Positions 35,558 to 45,701 of a DNA stretch of 64,000 bases are shown here, in pieces. The stretch comes from an uncultured Gemmatimonadota bacterium (GTDB lineage Bacteria > Gemmatimonadota > Gemmatimonadetes > Palauibacterales > KS3-K002). A model generated the notes under the pieces. The model did not search any database, had not been told where the DNA came from, and was given only the letters and a program-made list of their open reading frames with translations. The translations under genes were made by a program, and so were the position numbers. The stretch covers positions 46,169 to 110,168 of the forward strand of contig CAYFSW010000170.1 in NCBI GenBank assembly GCA_964345885.1, written 5' to 3'. Position 1 is the stretch's first letter; every line of letters starts with the position of its first letter.

Positions 35558-37651
35558 TTGTCAGCCAAGAGCTTCACTACCGATGCGATCCGCAACGTCG
35601 TGTTCCTCGGCCACGGCGGGACGGGGAAGACGACGCTGGTCGACGCGATGTGTTTCTCAGCCGGAGCGACGACCAGAAAGGGCTTGGTCGCCGACGGTAC
35701 CGCGGTCACCGACTTCACTGCCGAGGAGAAGGATCACACCATCTCGGTCAATACGGCGGTCGCGCACGCCGTTTGGCAGGACGTCAAGATCAATCTCATC
35801 GACACTCCGGGTTACCTTGATTTCGCGGGCGACGCCAAGGCGGGCGTCCGCGTCGCGGACGGTGCAGTGATCCTCGTCGATGCCACGGCCGGCGTTTTGG
35901 TCGGGACGGAGAACAGCTGGGAATACTGCGAGGAGCGTGGGATCCCCCGGATCCTGGTTGTCTCGATGATGGACAAGGAGAATGCAAATTTCGACTCGGT
36001 AATGAGCGAACTCCACGAGGAATTCTCCAAAGATGTCGTTCCCCTCGAGATCCCCATCGGGTCGGGTGAGGGATTCAGGGGTGTCGTCGATCTTCTGTCG
36101 AGCCGCGCCCGTATCTTCGATCCGAAATCGAAAAAGGGCGAGTACAAGGAAGAGAATATCCCAGCCGAACTGCAGGATGCGTGCAGCGCCGCCTATCAGG
36201 AGCTCGTCGAAGCCATCGCCGCCACCGACGACGCTCTCATGGAAGAGTACTTCGAGAAGGAGACGATCGAGCCGGCCCGAGCGGCGGAGGTGTTGAAGGC
36301 GGCGATGAAGGCCGGCCTGATCTATCCTGTCGTCTGTGCGGCCCCGGAAAGAGGGTATGGAGCCCGCGGCCTGCTAGAGCGCGTCGTCGACATCATGCCG
36401 AGCCCGGCGGAAGCCGTGCACGAGACAGCCAAGGACGGCGAGGCCGAAGTCGAGCTCAGCGCCGCCGACGACGGCCCCCTCGCCGCGCTCATCTTCAAGA
36501 CCACATCGGAACCCCACGTCGGCGAGCTCTCTTACTTCCGGGTCTTCTCCGGTTCGGTCGATGCCGGTGCCTCGGCCAAGAACACCACGCGGGGCGGCTC
36601 CGAGAAGCTCGGCCATCCTGGTGTGCCACAAGGGAAGGATAGAGCCGAGGTCGCTAAGATCCATGCCGGCGACATAGGGGTGGTCGCGAAGCTGCGGGAC
36701 ACGCATACAGGAGACACGTTGTCGGCGGAGAACCGGTCGCTCGTGCTCGAAGGGATAGCCTTCCCCGATTCAGACATCTCCGTCGCGGTAAGGCCCGCCA
36801 AGCGTGGTGACGAAGACAAAGTCTCGACCGGCCTACACAAGATCCACGAGGAAGACCCGACATTCACTGCAGCCTACGACCCGGAGCTCGGCCAGACGAT
36901 CGCCCGGGGACTCGGCGAGATGCATTTGGAACTGGCGATCGAACGGGTCAATCGTCGCTTCGGCGTCGAAGTCCAGACGGAAGCACCTCGCATTCCGTAC
37001 CGCGAAACGTTCACGAAGACGGCCGAGGGGCAGGGCCGCTACAAGAAACAGACGGGTGGCCGTGGCCAGTATGGCGACTGCTGGGTCCGCCTCAGCCCCT
37101 TGCCGCCGGGCAGCGGGTACGAGTTCAAGAACGCTATCGTGGGCGGCGTCATCCCGGGCAAGTTCGTACCCTCGGTAGACAAGGGCGTTCAGGAGGCGGC
37201 ACAGAAGGGCGTGGTAGCGGGCTATCACGTGGTCGACTTCCAAGCTGAGGTCTACGACGGCTCGCACCATTCTGTCGACTCCTCCGACATCGCCTTCAAG
37301 GTCGCTGGCTCGCTGGCCTTCAAGAACGTGGCACCCCAGGCAGGCCCGATCCTGCTCGAACCGATCTACGAGGTGGAGGTCACGGTTCCCGACGAGTACA
37401 TGGGTGACGTAATGGGCGACCTGAACCAACGGCGTGGCAAGATCCTCGGGATGGAGCCGAAGGGGAAAAAGCAGGTCGTCAGAGCGCAGGTGCCGCTGAA
37501 CGAAATGCACCGCTATTCGTCGACCCTCCGCTCTATTACCCAGGGACGCGGAAGCTACAAGATGAAGTTCTTCGCCTACGAGCAGGCACCGCCGAACGTC
37601 GTCGAGAAGGTGAAGGAGGAGGCCGCCGCTCGGGAGGAGGAGAAGAAGTAG
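35558..37651 (+). CDS. elongation factor G paralog (EF-G-like translational GTPase) with non-canonical G3 and G4 motifs
   Basis: All five EF-G domains are alignable (697 aa). P-loop GHGGTGKTT is intact, but G3 is DTPGY (Tyr codon TAC at 35813-35815) instead of DTPGH, and G4 is SMMD instead of NKMD. TTG start with GGGAGG RBS. Not located in an rpsL-rpsG-fusA-tuf context. Confidence 0.8.
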   Translation: MSAKSFTTDAIRNVVFLGHGGTGKTTLVDAMCFSAGATTRKGLVADGTAVTDFTAEEKDHTISVNTAVAHAVWQDVKINLIDTPGYLDFAGDAKAGVRVADGAVILVDATAGVLVGTENSWEYCEERGIPRILVVSMMDKENANFDSVMSELHEEFSKDVVPLEIPIGSGEGFRGVVDLLSSRARIFDPKSKKGEYKEENIPAELQDACSAAYQELVEAIAATDDALMEEYFEKETIEPARAAEVLKAAMKAGLIYPVVCAAPERGYGARGLLERVVDIMPSPAEAVHETAKDGEAEVELSAADDGPLAALIFKTTSEPHVGELSYFRVFSGSVDAGASAKNTTRGGSEKLGHPGVPQGKDRAEVAKIHAGDIGVVAKLRDTHTGDTLSAENRSLVLEGIAFPDSDISVAVRPAKRGDEDKVSTGLHKIHEEDPTFTAAYDPELGQTIARGLGEMHLELAIERVNRRFGVEVQTEAPRIPYRETFTKTAEGQGRYKKQTGGRGQYGDCWVRLSPLPPGSGYEFKNAIVGGVIPGKFVPSVDKGVQEAAQKGVVAGYHVVDFQAEVYDGSHHSVDSSDIAFKVAGSLAFKNVAPQAGPILLEPIYEVEVTVPDEYMGDVMGDLNQRRGKILGMEPKGKKQVVRAQVPLNEMHRYSSTLRSITQGRGSYKMKFFAYEQAPPNVVEKVKEEAAAREEEKK

Positions 37652-37662
37652 GCGGTAGACAG

Positions 37663-37717
37663 TATGCGGTGTGCTGTGTGCAGTGATGGGCCGACGGCGA
37701 ACTCCGCACACCGCATA
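37663..37717 (+). terminator. hairpin downstream of the EF-G paralog (possible terminator)
   Basis: TATGCGGTGTGC ... GCACACCGCATA 12-bp inverted repeat starting 12 nt after the stop, followed by direct repeats of CGCACACCG. No U-tract, so weak as an intrinsic terminator. Confidence 0.3.
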
Positions 37718-37804
37718 CCGCATATCGCACACCGAATTGATCAGCCCTCCCTGCACCCCTATCTTTCCGGGTGTTGAAGGTCCAGCAACAAAAGGAAGGA
37801 GAGA

Positions 37805-38563
37805 ATGGCCGGCCACAGCAAGTGGTCGCAGATCAAGCGCAAGAAAGCGGCCGAGGACAGCAAGCGCGGCAAGCTTTTTGGCAGACTGATCCGCGAGATC
37901 ACGGTGGCTGCCCGCGAAGGCGGCGGCGATCCCGACGGCAACCCTTGGCTGCGGACGGCGATAGAAAACGCCAAGGCGGCCAACATGCCGAAGGACAACA
38001 TCGAGAAGGCGATTCTGCGCGGGACGGGAGCGCTGCCGGGGGCGTCGTTCGAGGAGGTCAGCTACGAGGCCTACGGGCCGGGCGGTGTGGCTATCCTCGT
38101 GCAAGCCGTGACCGACAACACCAACCGGACGGTGGCCGCGGTTCGCCATGTGCTGGAACGGTATGGCGGCAGCATGGGCAGCTCCGGGTCGGTGGCTTGG
38201 AACTTCGACCGCGTGGGCCAGCTATTGGTCGACGCAAACCGTTACGACGAGGAGACGGCGCTGGAGGCCGCGCTCAACGCCGGGGCCGAAGACATGGAGT
38301 CTGAGGTAGACAGCTACGTGGTGACGACCAGTCCCTCCGACTTCCACGCCGTACAGGAAGCGCTGCGCGGCAGCGGGATCGAGATCGCCGAAGCGCGCCT
38401 CGTCATGAATCCCAAGACCACGGTCCGGGTGGAGGGTCGTGAGGCTGAGAAACTGATCGCCCTGCTGGAAGCGCTTGAGGACCAGGACGACGTGCAGCAG
38501 GTCTACTCGAACCTAGATATCGACGAAGCTCTGCTCGCAGAGCTTGCCGGCGCCGGTCAGTAG
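37805..38563 (+). CDS. yebC: YebC/PmpR-family DNA-binding transcriptional regulator
   Basis: MAGHSKWSQIKRKKAAEDSKRGKLF... is the highly conserved YebC N-terminus. Strong RBS AAGGAAGGAGAG. Confidence 0.9.
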   Translation: MAGHSKWSQIKRKKAAEDSKRGKLFGRLIREITVAAREGGGDPDGNPWLRTAIENAKAANMPKDNIEKAILRGTGALPGASFEEVSYEAYGPGGVAILVQAVTDNTNRTVAAVRHVLERYGGSMGSSGSVAWNFDRVGQLLVDANRYDEETALEAALNAGAEDMESEVDSYVVTTSPSDFHAVQEALRGSGIEIAEARLVMNPKTTVRVEGREAEKLIALLEALEDQDDVQQVYSNLDIDEALLAELAGAGQ

Positions 38564-38575
38564 CCGGACCGTCAG

Positions 38576-39103
38576 ATGATAGTCTTGGGCGTTGACCCCG
38601 GCACCCAGATCACCGGGTACGGTGTCGTTGCTCGGGGGGAAGATCGCTGCCACACGCTGGTCGAGTGCGGCGCCGTTCGACCGACTGCGGACACACCGCT
38701 GGCCGAGCGGTTGCTCGAGATCTTTGAAGGTGTCGCGGAGGTGATCGAGCGCACGCGCCCCGACGTCTTGTGCGTCGAGGGCGTTTTCTATGGGCGAAAT
38801 GTCCGGACCACGGTGATCCTCGGGCACGCACGCAGCGCCGTCATGCTGGCGGCGGCCGTCCGGGGCGTGCCGGTGGTCGAATACGCGCCGGCCGAGGTGA
38901 AGAACGCGGTCGTGGGCAGCGGCAGGGCGAGGAAGGATCAGGTAGCCTTCATGGTGCAGAAGCACCTCTCACTTGCCGAGGCGCCGACGCCCGCCGATGC
39001 GGCCGACGGCGTCGCTCTCGCCCTCTGCCACCTGTTCCGAGACAGTTCGGGGGCGGGAGACGCCTGGGTTCACAAAGGAGTGGGAAAGAAACGCGGTGAT
39101 TAG
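38576..39103 (+). CDS. ruvC: crossover junction endodeoxyribonuclease RuvC
   Basis: MIVLGVDPGTQITGYGVV N-terminus; catalytic acidic residues; 175 aa. Confidence 0.9.
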   Translation: MIVLGVDPGTQITGYGVVARGEDRCHTLVECGAVRPTADTPLAERLLEIFEGVAEVIERTRPDVLCVEGVFYGRNVRTTVILGHARSAVMLAAAVRGVPVVEYAPAEVKNAVVGSGRARKDQVAFMVQKHLSLAEAPTPADAADGVALALCHLFRDSSGAGDAWVHKGVGKKRGD

Positions 39104-39689
39104 CCGAGTACGCGGGACCCTGGTCCGCAAGGAGATCGATCGCGTGGAGATCGCCACAGCCGGTGGCGTGACCTACGAGCTGCTCATCCCGACTTCGTTG
39201 TTCGAGTCGCTTCCGCGGGTCGGACGCGAGGTGGAGCTCCAGGCAGCGCTGGTGAGCCGCGAGGACGGCATCGACCTCTTCGGTTTCCCCGGTGAGCTGG
39301 AACGGGCGCTCTTCGCGAGGCTGACCTCGGCCTCGGGGGTCGGGCCGCGCCTGGCGCTGACCATGCTCGGCGCGATGAGCGCGACCCAGCTGGTCGAGGC
39401 GATAAGGGGCAAGGACCTGGACCGGTTGCAGACGGTCAACGGTGTGGGTCGGAAGAAGGCGGAAAGGATAGCACTGGAGTTGGGCGACAAGCTGGAAGAG
39501 ATAATCCCGGCGGCAGTAGAAGCCGAGCCCGATCGGGCCCGGGTCGAGCCGGCTATATCGGCGCTAATGGCGCTTGGGTATTCGCGGGCCGAGGCGGAAG
39601 GTGCAGTCCGCAATGTACTGAAGGCTGGTGACGGTGCCGATCTAGATGTCGAGGGCTTGGTGAGGGAGGCGCTGGCGGGGCTGTCATGA
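39096..39689 (+). CDS. ruvA: Holliday junction DNA helicase subunit RuvA
   Basis: GTG at 39096 gives [11 protein letters not shown] (compare E. coli MIGRLRGII). HhH motifs follow. Overlaps the ruvC stop by 8 nt. Confidence 0.85.
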   Translation: MISRVRGTLVRKEIDRVEIATAGGVTYELLIPTSLFESLPRVGREVELQAALVSREDGIDLFGFPGELERALFARLTSASGVGPRLALTMLGAMSATQLVEAIRGKDLDRLQTVNGVGRKKAERIALELGDKLEEIIPAAVEAEPDRARVEPAISALMALGYSRAEAEGAVRNVLKAGDGADLDVEGLVREALAGLS

Positions 39690-40723
39690 CTACAGAAATA
39701 ACTACGCCGAAGCAGCTGGACGGCGAGGGCGTGAGCGAGGCGGCGCTGCGGCCACAGCGTATGGCCGAATTCGTCGGGCAGGAAAAGGTCAAGGAGAGCC
39801 TGTCCATTTACGTCGAGGCCGCGCTCAAGCGTGGGGAGCCGCTCGATCATACGCTGTTCTACGGGCCGCCGGGGCTCGGCAAAACGACGCTGGCGCTGCT
39901 AATCGCCAACGAGTTGGGTGTGGACATCAAGACCACATCCGGGCCGGCTCTCGAGAGACCGGGCGACCTCGTCTCCTCTCTCACCAATCTCAAGGAAGGC
40001 GACGTCCTGTTCATCGATGAGATCCATCGCCTGCGCCCGGTCATCGAGGAATTTCTCTATCCGGGCATGGAGGACTTCCGTATCGAGATCCGCTTGGGCG
40101 AAGGTCCCAGAGCGCAGACGATCACGATGAAACTTGAGCGCTTCACGCTGATCGGAGCGACGACGCGGTTCGGCCTTCTGACACCGCCGATGCGTGCACG
40201 CTTCGGAGTCGTCGAACGCCTGGGCTACTATCCGACCGATGATCTGAAGCAGATCGTCCGTCGCTCTGCGGGAATCATCGGGATCTCCATCGATGATGAG
40301 GGTTCGCAGGAGATCGCGCGCCGCTCCCGTGGCACGCCGCGAATCGCGAACCGCCTGTTGCGACGCGTCCGCGACTACGCCGAGGTCAAAGCCGATGGCG
40401 CGATAACGCGGCCGGTCGCCGAGGCGGCGCTCCAAATGCTGAATGTGGATGAGTACGGGCTCGAACAGATGGACGCGCGAATGCTGCGGCTGATTATCGA
40501 GGACTTCGACGGTGGGCCTGTGGGGCTCTCGAGCCTGGCCGTGGCGCTCGGCGAAGAGGCCGACACCCTGGAAGAGGTCTACGAGCCCTACCTGATCCAG
40601 AACGGTCTATTACAGCGGACGGCGCGCGGCCGTGTGGCGACGCCCAAGGCGTATCGGCGTTTCGGGTATGATGTGCCGCCGGGCACGAGCGGCGAGCAGG
40701 GCCAACTGTTCGCCGATGGCTGA
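39686..40723 (+). CDS. ruvB: Holliday junction DNA helicase RuvB
   Basis: Walker [12 protein letters not shown]; sensor motifs; 345 aa. Confidence 0.95.
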   Translation: MTTEITTPKQLDGEGVSEAALRPQRMAEFVGQEKVKESLSIYVEAALKRGEPLDHTLFYGPPGLGKTTLALLIANELGVDIKTTSGPALERPGDLVSSLTNLKEGDVLFIDEIHRLRPVIEEFLYPGMEDFRIEIRLGEGPRAQTITMKLERFTLIGATTRFGLLTPPMRARFGVVERLGYYPTDDLKQIVRRSAGIIGISIDDEGSQEIARRSRGTPRIANRLLRRVRDYAEVKADGAITRPVAEAALQMLNVDEYGLEQMDARMLRLIIEDFDGGPVGLSSLAVALGEEADTLEEVYEPYLIQNGLLQRTARGRVATPKAYRRFGYDVPPGTSGEQGQLFADG

Positions 40724-41813
40724 ACACACATCGGTCGATAATGCGGGGCAAGTAATGCCCGCTGGCGGCGGCGCCGAGTCGCTCTGCACGCGTGACTTCG
40801 AATACCCACTCGATGAGCGGCTCATCGCCCAGCGCCCGCTTCCCGATCGCGACGCGAGCCGCCTCCTGCACGTTCGACGGGGGGAGGGGAACTTCGTCGA
40901 CCGCACGTTCAGGGACCTCGCTGCGCTGATTTCTCCCGGCGATGTGTTGGTGCTCAACGACACCCGCGTCTTCCCGGCCCGCCTTATCGGGCAGAAGCCG
41001 AGCGGTGCGGCGGCCGAGGTCTTGCTGATCGAGCGACTCGACGTCGCCGGCACCTGCTGGCGCGCCCTGGTTCGGCCCGGCGGCAAGCTGAAACCGGGTC
41101 GGGTCGTCGAGATCGCCTCCGATCTCAGAGTGGTCATCGAGGAGACCGTCGAGGGAGGAGGACGCCTGGTGCGCCTCGAGTCCGGACTCCCTCCTGACCA
41201 GGCAATCGCCCGGTACGGGCATGTCCCGCTACCCCCCTATATCCGGCGCCCGGACGACGAGGCCGACCGCAGCCGCTATCAGACGGTCTACGCACGCGAG
41301 CGCGGCAGCGTGGCGGCACCGACCGCAGGGTTGCACTTCAGCGCTGACCTGCTGTCGGCGATCGAGGAGCGAGGGGTAGGGATAGCCACAGTCACCTTGC
41401 ACGTGGGTCCCGGGACCTTTCGGCCTGTGGAGGTCGAGGACCCCCGCCGGCACTACCTGGATGCCGAGTGGTACCGGGTCACGCCGCAAGCGGCCGAGAC
41501 GGTGAATCGGGCCCGGGCACGGGGGGGCGCCGTCTGGGCGGTGGGGACGACTACTGTGCGTACTCTCGAGACAGTCGTCGGCCCCGAGGGACGCCTGTCG
41601 CCCGGCGCTGGCACGACCGATCTGTTCATCCGGCCCGGCTTCCGTTTTAGAGCTGTGGATCGGCTCGTTACGAATTTCCACTTGCCCCGCTCGACGCTGC
41701 TCATGCTGGTCGCCGGCTTCGCCGGCCACGACCTTACCATGGCTGCCTACCGGCACGCGGCCGAGGCGGGTTACCGGTTCTACTCGTACGGCGATGCGAT
41801 GGCTGTAACATGA
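40716..41813 (+). CDS. queA: S-adenosylmethionine:tRNA ribosyltransferase-isomerase
   Basis: [15 protein letters not shown]...[12 protein letters not shown]...TAGLHF motifs. ATG 40716 overlaps ruvB by 8 nt; an alternative ATG lies at 40755. Confidence 0.85.
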   Translation: MAEHTSVDNAGQVMPAGGGAESLCTRDFEYPLDERLIAQRPLPDRDASRLLHVRRGEGNFVDRTFRDLAALISPGDVLVLNDTRVFPARLIGQKPSGAAAEVLLIERLDVAGTCWRALVRPGGKLKPGRVVEIASDLRVVIEETVEGGGRLVRLESGLPPDQAIARYGHVPLPPYIRRPDDEADRSRYQTVYARERGSVAAPTAGLHFSADLLSAIEERGVGIATVTLHVGPGTFRPVEVEDPRRHYLDAEWYRVTPQAAETVNRARARGGAVWAVGTTTVRTLETVVGPEGRLSPGAGTTDLFIRPGFRFRAVDRLVTNFHLPRSTLLMLVAGFAGHDLTMAAYRHAAEAGYRFYSYGDAMAVT

Positions 41814-42952
41814 GTGCAACGGCGACGCGAGAGCGGGGTAAGTTCGAGCTGGAGGCACACGACGGTGCGGCCCGGGCGGGCCTGCTACACCTGGCGCACG
41901 GGTCGGTGCAGACACCGGCCTTCATGCCGGTGGGTACCCAGGGCACGGTGAAGGCCGTGTCGGCGGAGGAGCTGGAGGCGCTGGGCGCCGAGATCGTGCT
42001 GGCGAACGCCTACCACCTCTATCTGAGACCGGGGCACGAAACCGTGCGTCGGCAGGGCGGCCTGCACAAGTTCATGAACTGGCCGCGGCCGATCCTGACC
42101 GACTCGGGCGGCTATCAGGTGTTCTCGCTGGCCAAGATCAACGAGGTGACCGACGAGGGCGTTTGGTTCCAGAGCCACATAGACGGCTCGCGTCACTTCA
42201 TCACCCCCGAGTTGGTGATGGATGTCGAGTTTGCTCTCGGTGCCGACGTAATCATGGCCTTCGACGAGTGCCCCCCGGGTCGCGCCGACCGCGAGACCGC
42301 TGCCCGTGCGGTGGAACGCACCCAGGGTTGGCTTGAGCGCTGCGCCCGCCGGTTCGACCAGCTCTCGACCGGCGGAGGCTCTCAACTGCTGCTGCCGGTC
42401 GTGCAGGGCGGTACATTCCTAGATCTGCGGCTCGAGTCGCTGCAGCGGGCTCGCGACCTCGGCGATTGGGGTGGGTTCGGGGTCGGCGGCCTGTCGGTCG
42501 GCGAGCCCAAGCAGCTGATGTACGAGATCCTTGAAGGGATGTCGCCCGAGTTGCCCAAGCACGGCGTTCGTTATCTCATGGGTGTGGGCTACCCGGCCGA
42601 CCTGCTCGAGGCGGTCCGCCTCGGCTACGACCTGTTCGATTGCGTTGCACCGACCCGCAACGGCAGGAACGGGACGGCGTTCACGTCGGCGGGGCCCGTC
42701 AACGTCAAGCTGGCAGCCTGGCGCGACGACGGATCGCCGATCGAAGCGGGCTGCGGGTGCTGGACGTGCCGCAGCTACAGCCGCGCCTACATCCGTCACC
42801 TGTTCGTCGCCGAGGAGCTGCTGGGGTTGCGCGCGCTGTCGATTCATAACCTTTATTTCCTCACCAAGCTCATGCGTCAGGCCCGGGCGGCGATCTGTGA
42901 GGGGCGGCTCTCGGGGTGGGTGGACGGCTGGATGGAGCGGTACGTATCGTGA
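41810..42952 (+). CDS. tgt: queuine tRNA-ribosyltransferase
   Basis: TPAFMPVGTQGTVK; Zn-binding CxCxxC...H (CGCWTCRSYSRAYIRHL). Confidence 0.9.
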   Translation: MSATATRERGKFELEAHDGAARAGLLHLAHGSVQTPAFMPVGTQGTVKAVSAEELEALGAEIVLANAYHLYLRPGHETVRRQGGLHKFMNWPRPILTDSGGYQVFSLAKINEVTDEGVWFQSHIDGSRHFITPELVMDVEFALGADVIMAFDECPPGRADRETAARAVERTQGWLERCARRFDQLSTGGGSQLLLPVVQGGTFLDLRLESLQRARDLGDWGGFGVGGLSVGEPKQLMYEILEGMSPELPKHGVRYLMGVGYPADLLEAVRLGYDLFDCVAPTRNGRNGTAFTSAGPVNVKLAAWRDDGSPIEAGCGCWTCRSYSRAYIRHLFVAEELLGLRALSIHNLYFLTKLMRQARAAICEGRLSGWVDGWMERYVS

Positions 42953-43030
42953 GGCGGTATCTCAGTATCCATTAGCCATATCCTAGTGTCGAATTACTGG
43001 GATTGGTCCAACAACTGATGAGGTAGAACA

Positions 43031-43348
43031 TTGTTAGCACTCGCATTCGTACCGTCCGATCAGGGCGGTGGCAGCGCAGCCGGTACCCTGATCATGCTCG
43101 CGATGTTCGTCGCGATCTTCTACCTGCTGCTGATCCGACCGCAGCGGCAGCAGCAGAAGCGGCACCGGCAGATGGTGAGCGAACTGCGGCGCGGCGATGA
43201 GGTGGCGACGATCGGGGGTATCGTCGGCAAGATCATCCACGTCAAGGATGACCGCCTCACGATCAAGACGGCTGACGATACGCGGCTGGTGATCGAGCGC
43301 GATAAAGTGGCGCGGAAGTTTGCAGCAGGGCCGGAGGAGGAGCCGTAG
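43031..43348 (+). CDS. yajC: preprotein translocase subunit YajC
   Basis: Single TM helix plus the conserved RPQRQQQK...GDEVATIGGIVGKI motif. TTG start. Confidence 0.8.
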   Translation: MLALAFVPSDQGGGSAAGTLIMLAMFVAIFYLLLIRPQRQQQKRHRQMVSELRRGDEVATIGGIVGKIIHVKDDRLTIKTADDTRLVIERDKVARKFAAGPEEEP

Positions 43349-43350
43349 GT

Positions 43351-43854
43351 ATGCTGGACGTCCGGTTGCTGGGCGATCCGATCCTGCGTCAGCGCGCCGA
43401 CGAGGTCGAGGAGATCGACGACGAACTTCGCGAACTCGCCGAGGAGATGTTCGAGACGATGTACACTGAGGAGGGCATCGGATTAGCCGCGCCGCAGGTC
43501 GGCGTGTCAAAGCGCCTCTTCGTCATGGACATACGCGAGGACGAGGCTCAGCCGCAGGCCGTGGTCAACCCGGTCATCATCGAGCATTCGGGCTCGGAGC
43601 GTGGTGAGGAAGGGTGTCTCAGCCTGCCCGGACTGATAGGAGCTGTCGAGCGACCGGCGCACATCGTTATGGAAGGTCTCGATCTCGGGGGTAGGCCCCT
43701 TCGGATAGAGGCGTCGGATCTGCTGGCGCGCTGTATCCAGCACGAGATCGATCACTTGGACGGTGTCCTGTTCATCGATCATCTCTCGCCGATCAAGCGC
43801 AAGATGTTGTTGAGCAAGTGGAAGAAGCGTCTGAAGGAGGAAAGCAGGCGGTGA
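43351..43854 (+). CDS. def: peptide deformylase
   Basis: GIGLAAPQVG, EGCLSLPG and HEIDHLDG metal-binding motifs. Confidence 0.9.
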   Translation: MLDVRLLGDPILRQRADEVEEIDDELRELAEEMFETMYTEEGIGLAAPQVGVSKRLFVMDIREDEAQPQAVVNPVIIEHSGSERGEEGCLSLPGLIGAVERPAHIVMEGLDLGGRPLRIEASDLLARCIQHEIDHLDGVLFIDHLSPIKRKMLLSKWKKRLKEESRR

Positions 43855-44783
43855 GGGTCGTGTTCTGGGGAACGCCCCAGCTCGCAGATACCACGCTAAG
43901 CGCGCTGATCGCTGCCGGTCATGATCTCGTGGGGGTGGTGACCCAGCCCGACCGTCCGGCCGGGCGTGGTCGGAAGATGCAGCCGCCGCCCGTGAAGCTG
44001 AGGGCCCAGCAGGCGGGCATCCCGGTGCTGCAGCCGGAGAAGCCGTGGGGTGATGAGTTCATGACCGCCTTCCGTGCCCTCGAGCCCGACATAACGGTGG
44101 TCGCTGCCTACGGTCACATACTTAAACCGGAGGTCCTCGAGCTACCACCACTCGGTTCGTTCAACGTACACGCATCACTTCTGCCGAAGCTGCGTGGTGC
44201 GGCGCCGGTGAACTGGGCGATCATCCGGGGCCACGCCGAGACAGGCGTGACGATCATGCGGATGGTCGAGAAGCTCGACGCCGGCCCGATGATCCTGCAG
44301 GCGGGCGTCGAGATCGCCGCCCGGACGACGGCGGGCGCGCTGTACGCTGAGCTGGCAGAGCTGGGCGCCCGGACCTTGCTGGACGCCCTGCCGTTGATCG
44401 AGGCGGGCGAGGTAACGGAAGAGGCGCAGGATGAGGCGGAGGCCACCTACGCGCCGAAACTGACTGCGGACGACGTCAGGCTCGACTGGTCGCTGACCGG
44501 ACAGGAACTCGATCGCTGGATCCGCGGCTGCGATCCCGTACCCGGTTGTTGGACCGAGTTGGACGGCGCCCGGGTCCGCGTCTTTTCGCCCTGTACCACT
44601 GACGAGACCGCCAAGGCGGAGCCAGGCGTCGTCGTATCCGCCGACCCGCGTGCCGGGCTCGTGGTGGCTACGGGGTCGGAACTGCTTCGCGTGGGAGAGG
44701 TACAGCCGGCGGGAAAGCGCCGGATGGAGGCGGTAGAATGGATACGCGGCCGCGGCGTGATGCAGGGCGCGCGGTTCGGCTGA
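43851..44783 (+). CDS. fmt: methionyl-tRNA formyltransferase
   Basis: VRVVFWGTP N-terminus; SLLPKLRGAAP motif. GTG overlaps the def stop (GTGA); AGGAGG RBS. Confidence 0.9.
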   Translation: MRVVFWGTPQLADTTLSALIAAGHDLVGVVTQPDRPAGRGRKMQPPPVKLRAQQAGIPVLQPEKPWGDEFMTAFRALEPDITVVAAYGHILKPEVLELPPLGSFNVHASLLPKLRGAAPVNWAIIRGHAETGVTIMRMVEKLDAGPMILQAGVEIAARTTAGALYAELAELGARTLLDALPLIEAGEVTEEAQDEAEATYAPKLTADDVRLDWSLTGQELDRWIRGCDPVPGCWTELDGARVRVFSPCTTDETAKAEPGVVVSADPRAGLVVATGSELLRVGEVQPAGKRRMEAVEWIRGRGVMQGARFG

Positions 44784-45427
44784 GCCGGCCTCTCCCGCGG
44801 CTCTTCCTGGTGACGAATGATGATGTCATTGAGGACTCCGCTTTCGTCGAGCGGGCGGCGTCGGCAGTCGTTGCGGGAGGTCGGGACTGCGCGCTACAGC
44901 TGCGCGCACACCGAGCCACGGGCGGTCGACTGTGGCAGCTCGCCCGGCAGCTGAAGGCTGCCGCCGAGGGCGCCGGCGCCACGCTGTGGCTCAACGATCG
45001 CCTCGACGTGGCGCTGGCCGTCGGGGCACACGGTGTCCAGCTGGGCATGCGGAGCTTAGAGGTCACTCTGGCGCGCCGCCTGTTGGGGTCGTCCGGTTGG
45101 ATCGGCGCGTCGGTTCATAGTCCGGCGGAAGCGGACGAGGCGCTGGGGCGCGGAGCGGACGTGGCCGTGCTGGGCAACGTCTACGCGACGCCGTCGCATC
45201 CCGGGCGCCCGGCGCTCGGGCTGGAGGCGCTGCGGCAGGTTGCGTTGGGTCGACCGATCGTGGCGATCGGGGGTATCACTCCGGAAAGGGTAGCAGAGGT
45301 AATAGAAATGGGCGCCTGGGGCGTGGCCGTACTAAGTGGAGTCTGGCAAGTGCAGGACACCGCGGCAGCGGTGCGGCGCTACCGGCAGGCGCTGGCGGAT
45401 GCGTTGCGTAGGACCCACTCGGACTAG
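44738..45427 (+). CDS. thiE: thiamine-phosphate synthase
   Basis: LFLVTND..., WLNDRLDVALAVGAHGVQLG and VAIGGI motifs. The start overlaps the fmt 3' end, so the exact start is uncertain. Confidence 0.8.
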   Translation: MDTRPRRDAGRAVRLSRPLPRLFLVTNDDVIEDSAFVERAASAVVAGGRDCALQLRAHRATGGRLWQLARQLKAAAEGAGATLWLNDRLDVALAVGAHGVQLGMRSLEVTLARRLLGSSGWIGASVHSPAEADEALGRGADVAVLGNVYATPSHPGRPALGLEALRQVALGRPIVAIGGITPERVAEVIEMGAWGVAVLSGVWQVQDTAAAVRRYRQALADALRRTHSD

Positions 45428-45439
45428 GCGGTCGAGACT

Positions 45440-45667
45440 GTGACTGAAGCATCGAGTAGTGAGACCATCGTCATAACTTTGAACGGCGACGAGCGGGATG
45501 TCCCGGCGGGACTCACGGTGAGTGGCCTGCTGGTGCATCTCGGCCTACACGAGCGGCTGGTCGTAGTGGAGCTCAATCGGGACATCCTGCGGCGCAGTCG
45601 CTACGGAGAAGTCTCCGTCAGTGCCGGCGACACGATCGAGCTGGTGCAATTCGTGGGTGGCGGGTGA
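45440..45667 (+). CDS. thiS: sulfur-carrier protein ThiS
   Basis: 75 aa with a C-terminal GG. GTG start. Confidence 0.75.
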   Translation: MTEASSSETIVITLNGDERDVPAGLTVSGLLVHLGLHERLVVVELNRDILRRSRYGEVSVSAGDTIELVQFVGGG

Positions 45668-45701
45668 CGAGGGGGCTGAGAATCGAGGGAGGAAGGTCTG
45701 G

